The position numbers and the translations under genes are program-made. A stretch of DNA of 64,000 nt from an uncultured Verrucomicrobiae bacterium. GTDB lineage: Bacteria > Verrucomicrobiota > Verrucomicrobiia > Chthoniobacterales > JAATET01. Location of the stretch: assembly GCA_963719495.1 (NCBI GenBank), contig CAVRCI010000013.1, forward strand, positions 96,001 to 160,000, in the 5' to 3' direction. Positions 10,314 through 21,010 of the stretch are shown piece after piece (position 1 is the stretch's first letter; each line of letters starts with the position of its first letter). The notes under the pieces are model-generated. The model was given only the letters and a program-made list of their open reading frames with translations, did no database searches and was not told the origin of the DNA.

Positions 10314-10823
10314 TCAGTCCGTCACCCGGTCCAACGTCCGCAATCGCGCGATTTTCTTGATCTCCAAAATGGCCGCCCGCCCCTCCGCCTCCGCGTCGTT
10401 CGTCAACCGCCGATCGAACTCCGCCAGGATTCCCAACTTCGAATGCTCCCGCGCACAAATGATGAACGGAAACCCAAACCGCGCCCGGTAAGCCGCGTTC
10501 CGCTCCGAAAAAGCCACCCTCTCCCCGTCCGTCAACGCGTCCAACCCCGCCCCCGCCTGCTCCCCCGTCGACTCCGCCGTCAACCGCCCCGCCGCCGCCA
10601 ACTTCCCCGCCAGATCCGGGTGCGCGCAGATCAGGTCCAACCGCTCCCCCTCCGCCGCCGAGTCGACAACGCCCTCCATCGCCACGACCAGCGCGTCGCG
10701 ATCCGCAAAAGGCCGACGAAGCCAGGCCCGCTCCGCCACCCACGGCGAGTGCTCCCAAATCCCAGCGAGCGCCACCCCGAAAGCCCCCCGATTCATCCCA
10801 TTGAGTTCCGCGACAACCACCAT
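10314..10823 (-). CDS. uraD: OHCU decarboxylase
   Basis: WEHSPWVA, AHPDLAG, STGEQAGAGL, YRARFGFPFIIC, IARLR. Confidence 0.92.
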   Translation of the reverse strand: MVVVAELNGMNRGAFGVALAGIWEHSPWVAERAWLRRPFADRDALVVAMEGVVDSAAEGERLDLICAHPDLAGKLAAAGRLTAESTGEQAGAGLDALTDGERVAFSERNAAYRARFGFPFIICAREHSKLGILAEFDRRLTNDAEAEGRAAILEIKKIARLRTLDRVTD

Positions 10824-10880
10824 CGACCACCCACCACACCACACCCCACCAAAAAAAGCCCACCCAATCCCCCACCCACC

Positions 10881-10916
10881 TGCAAAACTTCGATGCGGCC
10901 GCATCGAAGTTTTGCA
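10881..10916. promoter_or_regulatory. Perfect 36-bp palindrome in the divergent uraD/uricase promoter region
   Basis: TGCAAAACTTCGATGCGG|CCGCATCGAAGTTTTGCA, no spacer; function inferred from position only. Confidence 0.5.
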
Positions 10917-11040
10917 CGCTCTCGGCTCCACGCGCCCAAGAGATCGCCGCACCCATGAAATTCCGTGCCCACATCCGCCCAGTCGCCGTTGTCCACCATT
11001 CACTATTCACCATTCACCAATCCCTGTATCCTCCCCCAAC

Positions 11041-11880
11041 ATGGCAACACTCGGCACCAATCGTTACGGCAAGCAATGCGTCCGCGTCCTCCGCAAGCAC
11101 GTTGACGGCGACACCCAATCCGTCGTCGAGATCAACGCCGACGTCCTCCTCGAAGGCAGCTTCGAGCGAAGCTTCCTCTCCGACGACAACTCGCAGATCG
11201 TTGCCACCGACACCTGCAAGAACACCATCATCGCCCTCGCCCACCAGCACCTCGGCCCCTGCGTCGAACACTTCGCCATCACGCTCGGTCGCCACTTCCT
11301 CGACACCCACGCCCACGTCGACCGCGTCCACGTCGAGCTCCGTGAATTCACCTGGCAACGCCTCACCGTCGACGGCCACCCGGCCCCCCACTCCTTCCAA
11401 GCCGCCGCCGGAGGCCAACCCTTCACCCGCCTCCTCGCCACCCGCGACGGCACGACCCTCCACTCCGGCATCCGCCATCTCGTCATCCTCAACTCGACGA
11501 ACTCCGCCTTCGTCGGCTTCGACCACACCGACTTCACCACCCTCCCCGACGCCACCGACCGCATTCTCTCCACCGAGCTCGCCGCCACCTGGAAATTCGA
11601 AAATCTCGAAGCCAACTTCCGCGAAGCCAACCAAAGAATCCGCGAATCCCTCCTGAGCGTCTTCGCCAAAAACTTCAGCCCCTCCGTCCAGCGCACCCTC
11701 TTCCAAATGGGCGAAGCGGCGTTGGCCAACGCCCCCGAGATCGCCGAAATCGACCTCAGCATGCCCAACAAACACTACTTCACGGCCAACCTAACCCCGC
11801 TAGGAATGGAGAACGAAAACCTGACCTTCCTACCCGCCGACGACCCCCACGGCCAAATCGAAGCCACGATCACGCGATAG
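11041..11880 (+). CDS. pucL: Factor-independent urate oxidase (uricase)
   Basis: YGKQCVR, VATDTCKNT, SPSVQRTL, MPNKHY, PHGQIEA. Confidence 0.92.
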   Translation: MATLGTNRYGKQCVRVLRKHVDGDTQSVVEINADVLLEGSFERSFLSDDNSQIVATDTCKNTIIALAHQHLGPCVEHFAITLGRHFLDTHAHVDRVHVELREFTWQRLTVDGHPAPHSFQAAAGGQPFTRLLATRDGTTLHSGIRHLVILNSTNSAFVGFDHTDFTTLPDATDRILSTELAATWKFENLEANFREANQRIRESLLSVFAKNFSPSVQRTLFQMGEAALANAPEIAEIDLSMPNKHYFTANLTPLGMENENLTFLPADDPHGQIEATITR

Positions 11881-11910
11881 CAACCCCGCCGAAGCCCCCC
11901 TCAAAGACCC

Positions 11911-11940
11911 TGTCACGCTGAGCGAAGCGAAGCATCTCTG
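11911..11940 (+). repeat. TGTC-tagged REP-like repeat, copy 1
   Basis: TGTCACGCTGAGCGAAGCGAAGCATCTCTG. Confidence 0.85.
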
Positions 11941-12029
11941 GCTTACACTCAAAAACCGCCCACCCAGCCCGCCAAACCACCGAATTTCACCAGCCACGTC
12001 ACGCCACCCCACGCATTCCCTTTCACCCT

Positions 12030-13295
12030 TTGCGACCTTTGCGACCTTCTGTTCAAAATCAGCCCACCAACGCGCCCCCGACCCGCCACCGAGTTGTCGT
12101 CACCGCCCTCGGCCTGATCACCCCCCTCGGCCCCGACGCCCCCACCAACACCACCGCCCTCCGCGAAGCCCGCGACTGCATCACCCCCGTCACCACCTTC
12201 GACGTCACCAAATGCCGCGCAAAGACCGCCGGCCAGATCGACGACACCTGGCTCGCCGCCGCGACCACCATCGTCCCCCGAGCCCACCAGTGGTCCCGCG
12301 CCTCTCAGATGATGCTCCTAGCCGTCGCCGAAGCCCACCGGGCCGCCCCCGATTTCCAACCCGACATCACCGTCATCGGCACCACCAGCGGAGGAATGAC
12401 CGTCGGCGAAGACTTCTACCGAGCCGCCCAAGCCGCTGCCACCACGCGCATTCCCGCCCACCACGCCCGCGCCCTCCGCGGCTACGTCCCCCAGCAACCC
12501 GCCCTCGACGCCACCGCCCCGTTCGGATTCGACGCTCCGATCCGCACCCTCTCCAACGCCTGCGCCTCCGGCACCAACGCCATCGGCCACGCCTTCCAAC
12601 TCGTCCGCTCCGGTCGCGCCCGGCGTGCCCTCGCCGGCGGCTACGACGCCCTCTCCGAACTCACCTTCGCCGGCTTCGACGCCCTCCAAGCCTCCACCGG
12701 CGAGCGCCCCCGCCCCTTCGACCGCGACCGCACCGGCCTCGCCCTCGGCGAAGGAGCCGCTGTCCTTTTCCTGGAAACCCTCGAAGACGCCCGCGCCGCC
12801 GGTCACCCCATCCTCGCCGAGATCACCGGCTACGGCGACTCGACCGACAACCACCACCTCACCCAACCCAACCCCGACGGCTCCGGTCCCCGCCGCGCCA
12901 TGGAAATCGCCCTCGCCGACGCCCACCTCACCGGCGACCGGATCGACTACGTCAACGCCCACGGCACCGCCACCCCCTTCAACGACGCCTGCGAGGCCAC
13001 CGCCATCGCCGCCGTCTGCCCCCGGGCTGCCGTCAGCAGCACGAAGGGCCAGATGGGCCACTCCCTCGGCGCCGCCGGAGCTATCGAAGCCGCCTTCATC
13101 ATCCTCGCCATGCAAGGCCAATTCCTCCCCGCCAACCTTCATTTCGAAAATTCCGACGAAGGCGTCGACCTCGACATCATCGCCAACACCATCCGGGAAA
13201 AACCCCCAACCCGAGCCGCATCGAACTCCCTGGGCTTCGGAGGAGCCAACGCCACCCTCATCCTCGAACGCTTCGACCCAGAAAAAGCCCCCTAA
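12030..13295 (+). CDS. Beta-ketoacyl-ACP synthase (FabF-like)
   Basis: NACASG catalytic Cys, NAHGTATPFND, KGQMGHSLGAAG, SNSLGFGG; start uncertain (only TTGs inside a repeat). Confidence 0.88.
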   Translation: MRPLRPSVQNQPTNAPPTRHRVVVTALGLITPLGPDAPTNTTALREARDCITPVTTFDVTKCRAKTAGQIDDTWLAAATTIVPRAHQWSRASQMMLLAVAEAHRAAPDFQPDITVIGTTSGGMTVGEDFYRAAQAAATTRIPAHHARALRGYVPQQPALDATAPFGFDAPIRTLSNACASGTNAIGHAFQLVRSGRARRALAGGYDALSELTFAGFDALQASTGERPRPFDRDRTGLALGEGAAVLFLETLEDARAAGHPILAEITGYGDSTDNHHLTQPNPDGSGPRRAMEIALADAHLTGDRIDYVNAHGTATPFNDACEATAIAAVCPRAAVSSTKGQMGHSLGAAGAIEAAFIILAMQGQFLPANLHFENSDEGVDLDIIANTIREKPPTRAASNSLGFGGANATLILERFDPEKAP

Positions 13296-13316
13296 ACCAA
13301 GGCATTCGCCAAAACC

Positions 13317-13346
13317 TGTCATGCTGAGCGAAGCGAAGCATCTCTG
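13317..13346 (+). repeat. TGTC-tagged REP-like repeat, copy 2
   Basis: TGTCATGCTGAGCGAAGCGAAGCATCTCTG. Confidence 0.85.
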
Positions 13347-13383
13347 ACTTACACTCCCTCACCCTCACCCCACCCAGCCCGCC

Positions 13384-14433
13384 ATCAACCCCGCCACCAA
13401 CACCCTCACCATCCAAGGCACCGGCTGGGTCACCCCCTTGGGCCGAGACGTCCCCACCGTCACCGCGGCCATCCACCGCGGCGAGACGCCCCCGATCCAT
13501 CACGTCGAAAATCCCCACACCCACCGCCCGCACCCCGTCTACCGCGTCGACCGCACCCACCTCGCCGACACCGAAAAGCTCCGCCGCCTCCGCCGCTCCA
13601 GCACCATTTCCCACCTCGCCGTCGCCGCCGCCCTCGACGCCCTGGCCGACGCCGGCCTCACGGACACCCCGCCCGACCGCACCGCCCTCCTCTTCGCCGC
13701 CAGCGACGGCGGCGTCATTTACACGCGCAAATTCTTCGCCGAGATCGCCGAACGCGGCACCCAGGCCGGCAGCCCCCTCCTCTTCCCCGAGACCGTCTAC
13801 AACGCCCCCGTCAGCCACATCGCCGCCGCCCTCGGTATCACCGGCACCTCCTCGACCCTCGTCGGTGACGCCATAGCCGCATCATCCGCCCTCGCCTACG
13901 CCGCCGACCTCCTCGCCACCGACCAATGCGACCACGCCATCGTCGTCGCCGCCGAAGAAGCCGACTGGATCATCTGCGAAGGCTACGCCCGCTGGAAGAT
14001 GGCCACCCGCACCGACCGCCTCACCCCCTTCGAAAACACCGGCACCCTCTTCGCCGAAGGAGCCGCCGCCTTGGTCTTTTCCCGACCAAACGGCGAGACC
14101 GATCACCCCCAACTCGACCTCGCCCCCATCCGAGTCTACCGCGACCGAGCCCAGGCCCGCACCGCCCTCACCACCCTCATCGGCGACACCCGCCCCGCCC
14201 AAATCGTCGCCTCCGCCAACGGCACCCGCCTCGACGCCATCGAAGCCGACACCCTCGCCGCCACCTTCCCCGGCATCCCGATCCTCACCCCGAAAGCCTC
14301 CCTCGGCGAAGCCTTCGCCGCCAGCACCCTCGCCCAGATCGTCCTCGCCACCCGCCTCCCCGGCGAAACCCTCGTCACCACCGTCGGCCTCAACAACCAG
14401 CTTTCCGCCGCCACGGTGACGAATTTGCATTGA
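13384..14433 (+). CDS. Ketosynthase-like protein lacking catalytic Cys (chain-length-factor-like)
   Basis: IQGTGWVTPLG, SPLLFPETVYNAP, KASLGEAFAAS; GDAIAAS replaces the Cys motif. Start uncertain (ATC 13384 or TTG 13438). Confidence 0.75.
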   Translation: MNPATNTLTIQGTGWVTPLGRDVPTVTAAIHRGETPPIHHVENPHTHRPHPVYRVDRTHLADTEKLRRLRRSSTISHLAVAAALDALADAGLTDTPPDRTALLFAASDGGVIYTRKFFAEIAERGTQAGSPLLFPETVYNAPVSHIAAALGITGTSSTLVGDAIAASSALAYAADLLATDQCDHAIVVAAEEADWIICEGYARWKMATRTDRLTPFENTGTLFAEGAAALVFSRPNGETDHPQLDLAPIRVYRDRAQARTALTTLIGDTRPAQIVASANGTRLDAIEADTLAATFPGIPILTPKASLGEAFAASTLAQIVLATRLPGETLVTTVGLNNQLSAATVTNLH

Positions 14434-14473
14434 ATTATCCGCGCCCATCCGCGTCCATCCGTGGTTCCAGAAT

Positions 14474-15001
14474 ATGAAAATCGTCAAAGGCTGCCTCATC
14501 GTCCTCGCCGTCCTCTTCCTCCTGCTCGCCGCGGGTGCGACCTACGTCTACGTGAACCGCGACAAGATTCTGAACAGCGTCACCGACGCCATCAGCGAAA
14601 CCGCACTGGCCGACAACGCGGTCGTCATCAATCAGCTCGACAAGGCCGCCAACCTGGCAACAACGTTTCCAGAATTCGCCGCCGCCGTGGAGGCCCTCGA
14701 TCTTCCCCCGAACATCATCTACGTCGCCGCCACGGACAACGCCACCACCCTCGCTCCCGACGACCTCGACGACGGTCGCACCCCGATCATCAAGCGCGTC
14801 GACTGGACCGGTCGCACCTACAAAGTCTTCAACGGAATCGGAGCCGCCAGCCTCGAAACTGAACGCGGCCCCATTCCCGCCATCATCATCGAACGAACCG
14901 GCGACTGGAATTACATGGTGGATTACGTCGTCTACCTCGAGCAATCCACCACGGACTCGGCGACACCGGTCGCAACCCCCGGCGAGGAACCCGCCGAATA
15001 G
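14474..15001 (+). CDS. Hypothetical protein with N-terminal membrane anchor
   Basis: 175 aa, MKIVKGCLIVLAVLFLL anchor, host codon use. Confidence 0.7.
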   Translation: MKIVKGCLIVLAVLFLLLAAGATYVYVNRDKILNSVTDAISETALADNAVVINQLDKAANLATTFPEFAAAVEALDLPPNIIYVAATDNATTLAPDDLDDGRTPIIKRVDWTGRTYKVFNGIGAASLETERGPIPAIIIERTGDWNYMVDYVVYLEQSTTDSATPVATPGEEPAE

Positions 15002-15008
15002 ATTCACC

Positions 15009-15482
15009 ATGTTCACCGTCCGCCACCTCGCCGCCCTCGCGCTCCTCGTCGCGACCCTCACCGGTTGCCAGACCATCGACCCTCAGGTCGCCGCCCGCCG
15101 TGAGGCGATGCGGGCGGCCATCGCCGCCGAACCCGCTGGCGACTACTTCGTCGCCCGGCGATTCTACAAACGGGATTACAAAATCTGGGGCTGGGTCCGC
15201 CAGCCGCGCCAACCGTGGAGCACCGCCAAACTCGTCATGCTCAACGAGTCCAAAATGCTCGCCCCCGACCGCGTCCGCAACGACATCGGCTCCGACAACG
15301 GCTTCGAATACATCCTGAAAGGCCGCTTCTCCGGCGACACGATCTACGAACCATCGAGCAACCGCTTCTTCCCGGAATTCGTCCTCACCGGAGCCGACAT
15401 CCGCACCACCGACCCGGTTTCGATCTTCTCCGACCCAAGGTCCACCGACCCCACCGTCCGGCTGCTCAGCCCACCGATCTGA
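15009..15482 (+). CDS. Hypothetical lipoprotein
   Basis: Signal peptide with LTGC lipobox. Confidence 0.75.
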   Translation: MFTVRHLAALALLVATLTGCQTIDPQVAARREAMRAAIAAEPAGDYFVARRFYKRDYKIWGWVRQPRQPWSTAKLVMLNESKMLAPDRVRNDIGSDNGFEYILKGRFSGDTIYEPSSNRFFPEFVLTGADIRTTDPVSIFSDPRSTDPTVRLLSPPI

Positions 15483-15549
15483 TTTTTCTCACGCAGAGGC
15501 GCAGGGACGCAGAGAAATTATAAAAAGCGAAGCTTTCCCAAGCCCCCAT

Positions 15550-15645
15550 TGTCATGCTGAGCGAAGCGAAGCATCTCTGGCTGACACTGCATTTCACCTC
15601 GCCCGCCTGGGAAGCCAGAGATATTTCGCTCCCCTCAATCTGACA
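15550..15645. repeat. Inverted pair of TGTC-tagged REP-like repeats (REPIN/BIME-like)
   Basis: TGTCATGCTGAGCGAAGCGAAGCATCTCTGGC at 15550, and a reverse copy (TGTCAGATTGAGGGGAGCGAAATATCTCTGGC) at 15614-15645. Confidence 0.85.
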
Positions 15646-15693
15646 GGTCTTGGAAGTGACTCGCCGGACACGAAGCCTCTGGGTAGCCCCCCC

Positions 15694-16317
15694 TCACTCC
15701 GTCCCAAAAAACCGGTCCCCCGCGTCCCCCAACCCCGGGACGATGTAGCCCCGCTCGTCGAGCCGCTCATCCAGCGCCGCCAGAAAAACCGGCACGTCCG
15801 CGTGCGCCTCACCCACCCGCGCGACCCCCTCCGGAGCCCCGATCAGGCACACCAGCCGTAAGTCCCGGCACCCCGCCGCCTTCAGTTGATCCAGCGCGTA
15901 GACCGCACTGTTCCCGGTCGCCAGCATCGGATCGACCACCAGCACCGTCGCCCCCTCGATCCCCGCCGGCATCCGCAGGAAATAAGGCTTTGGCTCCAGC
16001 GTCGTCTCGTCCCGCGCCACTCCGATGTGCCCGATCCGCGCCTCGGGCAGAATCCCAGCCAGCGCCTCCGCCATCCCCAACCCCGCCCGCAGGATCGGCA
16101 CGATCACCACCGGCTTCGCCAGCCGACTCCCCCGGCACGTCGCCAACGGCGTATCAACCATCACCTCCGCCTCCGCCAGCCCCCGCAACGCCTCGTAGCC
16201 CACCAGCAAACTGAGCTCGGCCAGCGTCCGCCGAAACACCTCCATCCCCGTCCCGCCAGCCCGCAGCACCCCGACTTTCTGCCTCACCAAACCATGATCA
16301 ATCACCTCGCAACCCAT
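15694..16317 (-). CDS. upp: Uracil phosphoribosyltransferase
   Basis: [38 protein letters not shown]. Confidence 0.95.
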   Translation of the reverse strand: MGCEVIDHGLVRQKVGVLRAGGTGMEVFRRTLAELSLLVGYEALRGLAEAEVMVDTPLATCRGSRLAKPVVIVPILRAGLGMAEALAGILPEARIGHIGVARDETTLEPKPYFLRMPAGIEGATVLVVDPMLATGNSAVYALDQLKAAGCRDLRLVCLIGAPEGVARVGEAHADVPVFLAALDERLDERGYIVPGLGDAGDRFFGTE

Positions 16318-16383
16318 GGCGCGCGACGCTATCTCTCCCGACTTGAAAATCCCAATCCGAAATCCGAAATCCGAAATCCGCAA

Positions 16384-17430
16384 TTGAATAAGTTCGACCC
16401 CACCGAGCACCCGCACCGCCGCCACAACCCCCTCCGCGACGAATGGGTGCTCGTCTCCCCGCACCGCACCAAGCGGCCCTGGCAGGGCCAGCGGGAATCC
16501 GTCGCCGACGAGCGCCCGGCCCACGACCCGGCCTGCTACCTCTGCCCGGGCAATCCCCGCGCCGGCGGCGAGACCAACCCGGCCTACGACGCGACCTTCG
16601 TCTTCACGAACGACTTCGCCGCCCTCCTGCCCGACCCCGTCGCACTCGAAGGCGCCCCCCACGACCCGCTCTTCCAGACCACCCCGGTCAACGGCACCTC
16701 CCGCGTCATCTGCTTCCACCCGCGCCACGACCTCACCCTCCCGCAACTCACCGAAGCCGAGATCCGCACGGTCATCGACACGTGGATCGACCAGACCACC
16801 GACCTCGCCCGCACGCACGAGTGGGTCCAGGTTTTCGAAAACAAGGGCGCCGCCATGGGCTGCTCGAATCCCCACCCCCACGGCCAGATCTGGGCGAGCA
16901 ACTTCATCCCGAACGAACCCGCCACCGAGGACCGCACACAACGCGCCTACTTCGAGAAAAATGACAGCCCGCTCCTGCTCGACTACGCCCGGCGCGAGCT
17001 CGACAGCGGTGAGCGTGTCGTCGCCGCCTCCGCCGATTGGGTCGCCGTCGTGCCCTACTGGGCCGTCTGGCCATTCGAGACGATCCTGCTCCCGCTCGCC
17101 CCGACCCGCCGCCTTCCGGACCTTTCCGGTGCCCAACGCGCCACCCTCGCCACCACGCTCCGCGAGCTTCTCACCCGCTACGACAACCTCTTCGAGACCT
17201 CCTTCCCCTATTCGATGGGCTGGCACGGCGCGCCTTTCAACGACGCCTCCGCCGATCACTGGCAGCTCCACGCCCACTTCTACCCACCGCTGTTGCGATC
17301 CGCCACGGTCCGCAAATTCATGGTCGGCTACGAGATGCTCGCCGAGGCCCAGCGCGACCTCACCCCCGAGCAGGCCGCCGCCCGCCTCCGCGAAGTCTCG
17401 GCCGCCCACTACAAAACCACCGCAGGATGA
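16384..17430 (+). CDS. galT: UDP-glucose--hexose-1-phosphate uridylyltransferase
   Basis: [40 protein letters not shown] start inferred. Confidence 0.95.
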   Translation: MNKFDPTEHPHRRHNPLRDEWVLVSPHRTKRPWQGQRESVADERPAHDPACYLCPGNPRAGGETNPAYDATFVFTNDFAALLPDPVALEGAPHDPLFQTTPVNGTSRVICFHPRHDLTLPQLTEAEIRTVIDTWIDQTTDLARTHEWVQVFENKGAAMGCSNPHPHGQIWASNFIPNEPATEDRTQRAYFEKNDSPLLLDYARRELDSGERVVAASADWVAVVPYWAVWPFETILLPLAPTRRLPDLSGAQRATLATTLRELLTRYDNLFETSFPYSMGWHGAPFNDASADHWQLHAHFYPPLLRSATVRKFMVGYEMLAEAQRDLTPEQAAARLREVSAAHYKTTAG

Positions 17431-18578
17431 TCGCTCCCACCACCCCGCTGGCCTCGCTGGAGGCGCTCGATTTTCGCGAATTGATCGACACCATCCCAGC
17501 CATGATCTGGGTGATGGACGCATCGGCCCGCGTCACCTTCGTCAGTCGACACTTTTCCGAGTTCTACGGACTTCCCGAGCACGAACTTCTCGGAACCAGA
17601 ATCCCGCCGGGAATTTTCTCCGACGACCTCGAGGCCAACCTCGCCACCTTCGAGCGCGCCTTCGGAGCCCGCGAGCCCTACCAACTTCGCTTCCGCATCC
17701 GCGACCAATCGGGAAGCTACCGGTGGATGGAAAGCCACGGCCGACCGCGCCATTCACCCGAAGGTGAATTCATCGGCTACGCCGGCACCCAGAAGGACAT
17801 CACCGAGCGGGTCACGACGGCCTCCGCTCTCGAATCCCAACACGACCAACTCGTCGCCGCCCTCGACGAAACGCTCGAGGCCAACCAGGCCAAGGACCGC
17901 TTCCTCGCCGTCCTCAGCCACGAACTCCGCACTCCCCTCACGCCCATTCTCTTCGCCACCGCCATCCTCCTCCGCCGCCCCGATCTGCCCGCCGATCTCC
18001 GCGAGAGCCTCCTGATGATCGAACGCAACGTCGAGCTCGAGTCCACCCTCATCGGTGACCTCCTCGACCTCACCCGCGTCAGCCGCGACGTCCTCGAAGT
18101 CGAGCGCACTCCGCTCGATCTCCACGACGTCCTTCACCAGGCTCTCGCCATCTGCCAACCCGACCTCGAGGGCGACCGCCACCCGATCTCGCTCCACCTG
18201 GAAGCCACTCGCGCCCGCGTGCTCGGAGACCCGGCCCGGCTGCAGCAGGTCTTCTGGAATTTGGTCAAAAACGCGGTCAAATTTTCTCCCGAAGGCGGCC
18301 CGATCACGATCCGCTCCCACCAAGAAACCGACGCGATCGTCGTGACCGTCACCGACACCGGAATCGGCATGGACGCCACGCTCCTACCCCGCGTCTTCAA
18401 CGCGTTCGAACGGGGCGCACCCCAATCGCCGCGGAAGTTCGGCGGGCTCGGCATCGGGCTCACCCTTTCCAAGGCGATCATCGACGCTCTCGGAGGCTCG
18501 CTCCGGGCCGCGAGCGACGGGGCCGACCGGGGCTCGGAATTCACCGTTTCGCTCCCCGTTGTCGCTGGACAGGGTTGA
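17427..18578 (+). CDS. PAS-domain sensor histidine kinase
   Basis: [15 protein letters not shown]-box, [25 protein letters not shown] overlap with galT. Confidence 0.9.
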   Translation: MIAPTTPLASLEALDFRELIDTIPAMIWVMDASARVTFVSRHFSEFYGLPEHELLGTRIPPGIFSDDLEANLATFERAFGAREPYQLRFRIRDQSGSYRWMESHGRPRHSPEGEFIGYAGTQKDITERVTTASALESQHDQLVAALDETLEANQAKDRFLAVLSHELRTPLTPILFATAILLRRPDLPADLRESLLMIERNVELESTLIGDLLDLTRVSRDVLEVERTPLDLHDVLHQALAICQPDLEGDRHPISLHLEATRARVLGDPARLQQVFWNLVKNAVKFSPEGGPITIRSHQETDAIVVTVTDTGIGMDATLLPRVFNAFERGAPQSPRKFGGLGIGLTLSKAIIDALGGSLRAASDGADRGSEFTVSLPVVAGQG

Positions 18579-18610
18579 ACATCCGTTTTCTAATCAAATC
18601 CCGTTGCATC

Positions 18611-18976
18611 ATGAGAATCCTTCTGGTCGAAAATCACGGAGACACTTCGCATTACCTCGGTGCCTACCTCGAGTCCTGTGGCCACCAAGTCCTGATCGCC
18701 GAGACTCTTCGGGCCGCTCGTGAGGCCTTCGATTCCGACACTTTCGACCTGCTCGTCAGCGATATTTCGCTCCCCGACGGCACCGGCTGGGAGCTCATGG
18801 CCGATCGTTCCCCCGATTCGATCTACGCCGTGGCCATGAGCGGACTCGGCAACAAGGCGGACCGCCAGCGCTCGAAGGACGTTGGGTTCCGCCACCATCT
18901 CACGAAGCCATTCGTCCCGTCGGAATTCGACGCCATCATTCAGAAAGCGGAAAACGATCGTTCCATCGCCGCCTGA
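18611..18976 (+). CDS. Single-domain response regulator
   Basis: [21 protein letters not shown]. Confidence 0.88.
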   Translation: MRILLVENHGDTSHYLGAYLESCGHQVLIAETLRAAREAFDSDTFDLLVSDISLPDGTGWELMADRSPDSIYAVAMSGLGNKADRQRSKDVGFRHHLTKPFVPSEFDAIIQKAENDRSIAA

Positions 18977-19025
18977 TCTCATCCGCCACGGCGAGACGAC
19001 CAGCCCCCCACCGGCCCGCGATTCA

Positions 19026-19217
19026 ATGCCGATGAATGACCTCAAACTCAAAGGCACCTGGAACGAAACCAAAGGCAAGCTCAAGCAACAATACGGACAG
19101 CTCACCGACGACGACCTCACCTTCGCCGAGGGTAAGGAAGATGAAATGATCGGACGTCTGCAGAAGAAACTTGGCAAATCCAAAGACGAGGTCCGCGCCA
19201 TGATCTCGGACACTTGA
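19026..19217 (+). CDS. CsbD family stress protein
   Basis: [23 protein letters not shown]...GRLQKKLG. Confidence 0.9.
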   Translation: MPMNDLKLKGTWNETKGKLKQQYGQLTDDDLTFAEGKEDEMIGRLQKKLGKSKDEVRAMISDT

Positions 19218-20290
19218 GCGAACCTCACCTCGAGACCCCGACGGCCTCGAATGAGCCGTCGGACCAAGGTTCCATGACGGCCTTTCATACTCCCGAGTCG
19301 CGCCTCGTCGTCGACTCGGTGTTTTTATCGGTGCTCCGCGACAGCCCTTGCGCCGTGGTGGAGACGGACCTCGAGGGCAACGTCCTCCTCTGGAACTCGC
19401 ACGCCGCGGAAATCTTCGGGATCCCGGCCGAGCGGGTCCTGGGACGTCGGCTGCCCATCCGCGCGTCGGACCGCGTCCAGGTCCCGACCGCCCCTGACCG
19501 CTCGCATCCAAACCCGCTCGTCAGCCCGGACCGGCGGGAATTCGAGACCGAGCTCCTCGATCTCGAAGGCCGTCCGATCGCCGTCAGCATCTGGCACGGT
19601 GTGCTCCGGTCCGCGGAAGGCGACGACGTCGGCCACGTGTCCATCGTCTCCGACCGCCGGGAACAGAATGCGCTTCAACAGGCTCTCCTGGAATCGGTCG
19701 AACTTGAATCCCGGCGGCTCGGCCGCGAACTCCACGACTCCCTCAGCCAACAACTCCTCGGCGCGGCGTTTGCCGCAAAGTCACTGGCCAACAAGGCAGA
19801 ACGGCAGGGTCTGGACCTCACCAGCGAGCTCGACGACCTCGCCGCGCTCATCAACGACGCCGTCCGCGAGACGCGTTTACTCTCCCAGGGCCTCAACCCC
19901 ATCGATCTCGATCCTTCCGGTCTCGAAAGCGCGCTCACCAACCTCGCGGAACGCCACTCCTCCCGGGTGAATTGCAATTTCGTGTGCCGGAAGACCGTTC
20001 TCATCTCCGACCGAATGACGGCCATGCACGTCTACCGCATCGCCCACGAGGCGGTGTCCGCTCTCGTCGAGCACGAGGATGTTTCAAACCTCGCGATCAA
20101 TCTTACCGAAAGCGGCGACCGCGTGTCCCTGCGAATCAGCCACGACGGAGTCTCCGGCTTCGACGCGGATGATTTTCCCGCTCAGAGCGCCATCCACTTT
20201 CGGGTCAACGCCCTGCGCGGCGATCTCGCGTTTCACAACGACGAGCTGGACGGCGGGCACTCGGTCGAGATTCAGTTCTCGAAATTCTAA
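19214..20290 (+). CDS. PAS sensor histidine kinase (HisKA_3 type) with degenerate ATPase domain
   Basis: [13 protein letters not shown]-box, [16 protein letters not shown]. Confidence 0.82.
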   Translation: MSEPHLETPTASNEPSDQGSMTAFHTPESRLVVDSVFLSVLRDSPCAVVETDLEGNVLLWNSHAAEIFGIPAERVLGRRLPIRASDRVQVPTAPDRSHPNPLVSPDRREFETELLDLEGRPIAVSIWHGVLRSAEGDDVGHVSIVSDRREQNALQQALLESVELESRRLGRELHDSLSQQLLGAAFAAKSLANKAERQGLDLTSELDDLAALINDAVRETRLLSQGLNPIDLDPSGLESALTNLAERHSSRVNCNFVCRKTVLISDRMTAMHVYRIAHEAVSALVEHEDVSNLAINLTESGDRVSLRISHDGVSGFDADDFPAQSAIHFRVNALRGDLAFHNDELDGGHSVEIQFSKF

Positions 20291-20292
20291 CG

Positions 20293-20988
20293 ATGCCGAC
20301 TCGCAAAGCCCCACCTTCGACCGCCCCATCGGCGGTCTTCCGACTCCTTCTCGTCGACGACCACCCGGTCTTCCGCCGCGGCATCGCGGGACTCATCTCG
20401 GACGAGCCCGACTTCGAGGTTGCCGCCGAGGCCAGCGACTCGGCCTCCGCCCTCGGTGCCATGCGGGATGCCGAGCCGGATCTCGCGCTGGTCGACGTGT
20501 CGCTCCCGGGTCACAACGGAATCGAACTCGTGAAGCTCATGCTCGCCGAGCGCCCCAAGCTCAAGATCCTCATGCTCTCGATGCACGACGAATCTCTCTA
20601 CGCCCTCCGCGCCCTCCGAGCCGGAGCCAAGGGCTACGTCATGAAAGCCGAGGCGATGACCAATGTCCTCAGCGCTCTCCGCAAAGTCGCCGCCGGAGAC
20701 ATCTTCGTGAGCGAAAAGGTGGCCAACCAACTCATCTTCAAAGCCATCGGCTCGGACGACGGCGGCTCCGGCTCACCGGTCGACATCCTCTCGGATCGCG
20801 AGCTGGAAGTCCTCGAGCTCCTCGGCCGCGGCTACCCCACCCGCGACATCGCCGAGCGCCTCCACCTCAGCGTGAAAACGATCGAAACCCACCGCGCCCA
20901 CATCAAGGAAAAGATGAACTTCAAGGACGCCAGCGAAATGATCCGCTTCGCCGTCGAATGGACCGCGCGGGAAGCCAACGGATCGTAG
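20293..20988 (+). CDS. NarL/LuxR-family response regulator
   Basis: LLVDDHPVFR, LSDRELEVL, LSVKTIETHRAHIKEK. Confidence 0.93.
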   Translation: MPTRKAPPSTAPSAVFRLLLVDDHPVFRRGIAGLISDEPDFEVAAEASDSASALGAMRDAEPDLALVDVSLPGHNGIELVKLMLAERPKLKILMLSMHDESLYALRALRAGAKGYVMKAEAMTNVLSALRKVAAGDIFVSEKVANQLIFKAIGSDDGGSGSPVDILSDRELEVLELLGRGYPTRDIAERLHLSVKTIETHRAHIKEKMNFKDASEMIRFAVEWTAREANGS

Positions 20989-21010
20989 CGAAGCGGAGCC
21001 TCAGGCCCGG

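Noticed and set aside
10824..11040. Purine or xanthine riboswitch
   Set aside because: I could not recognise a conserved aptamer core; an Rfam scan would be needed
13321..13347. Selenocysteine or programmed readthrough at TGA 13345
   Set aside because: The TGA lies within a REP, the flanking peptide is not KS-like, and no SECIS-like hairpin is evident
15694..17523. 609-aa upp and 514-aa galT ORFs as fusions
   Set aside because: The extensions are each other's antisense strand; conserved domains begin at 16317 and 16384
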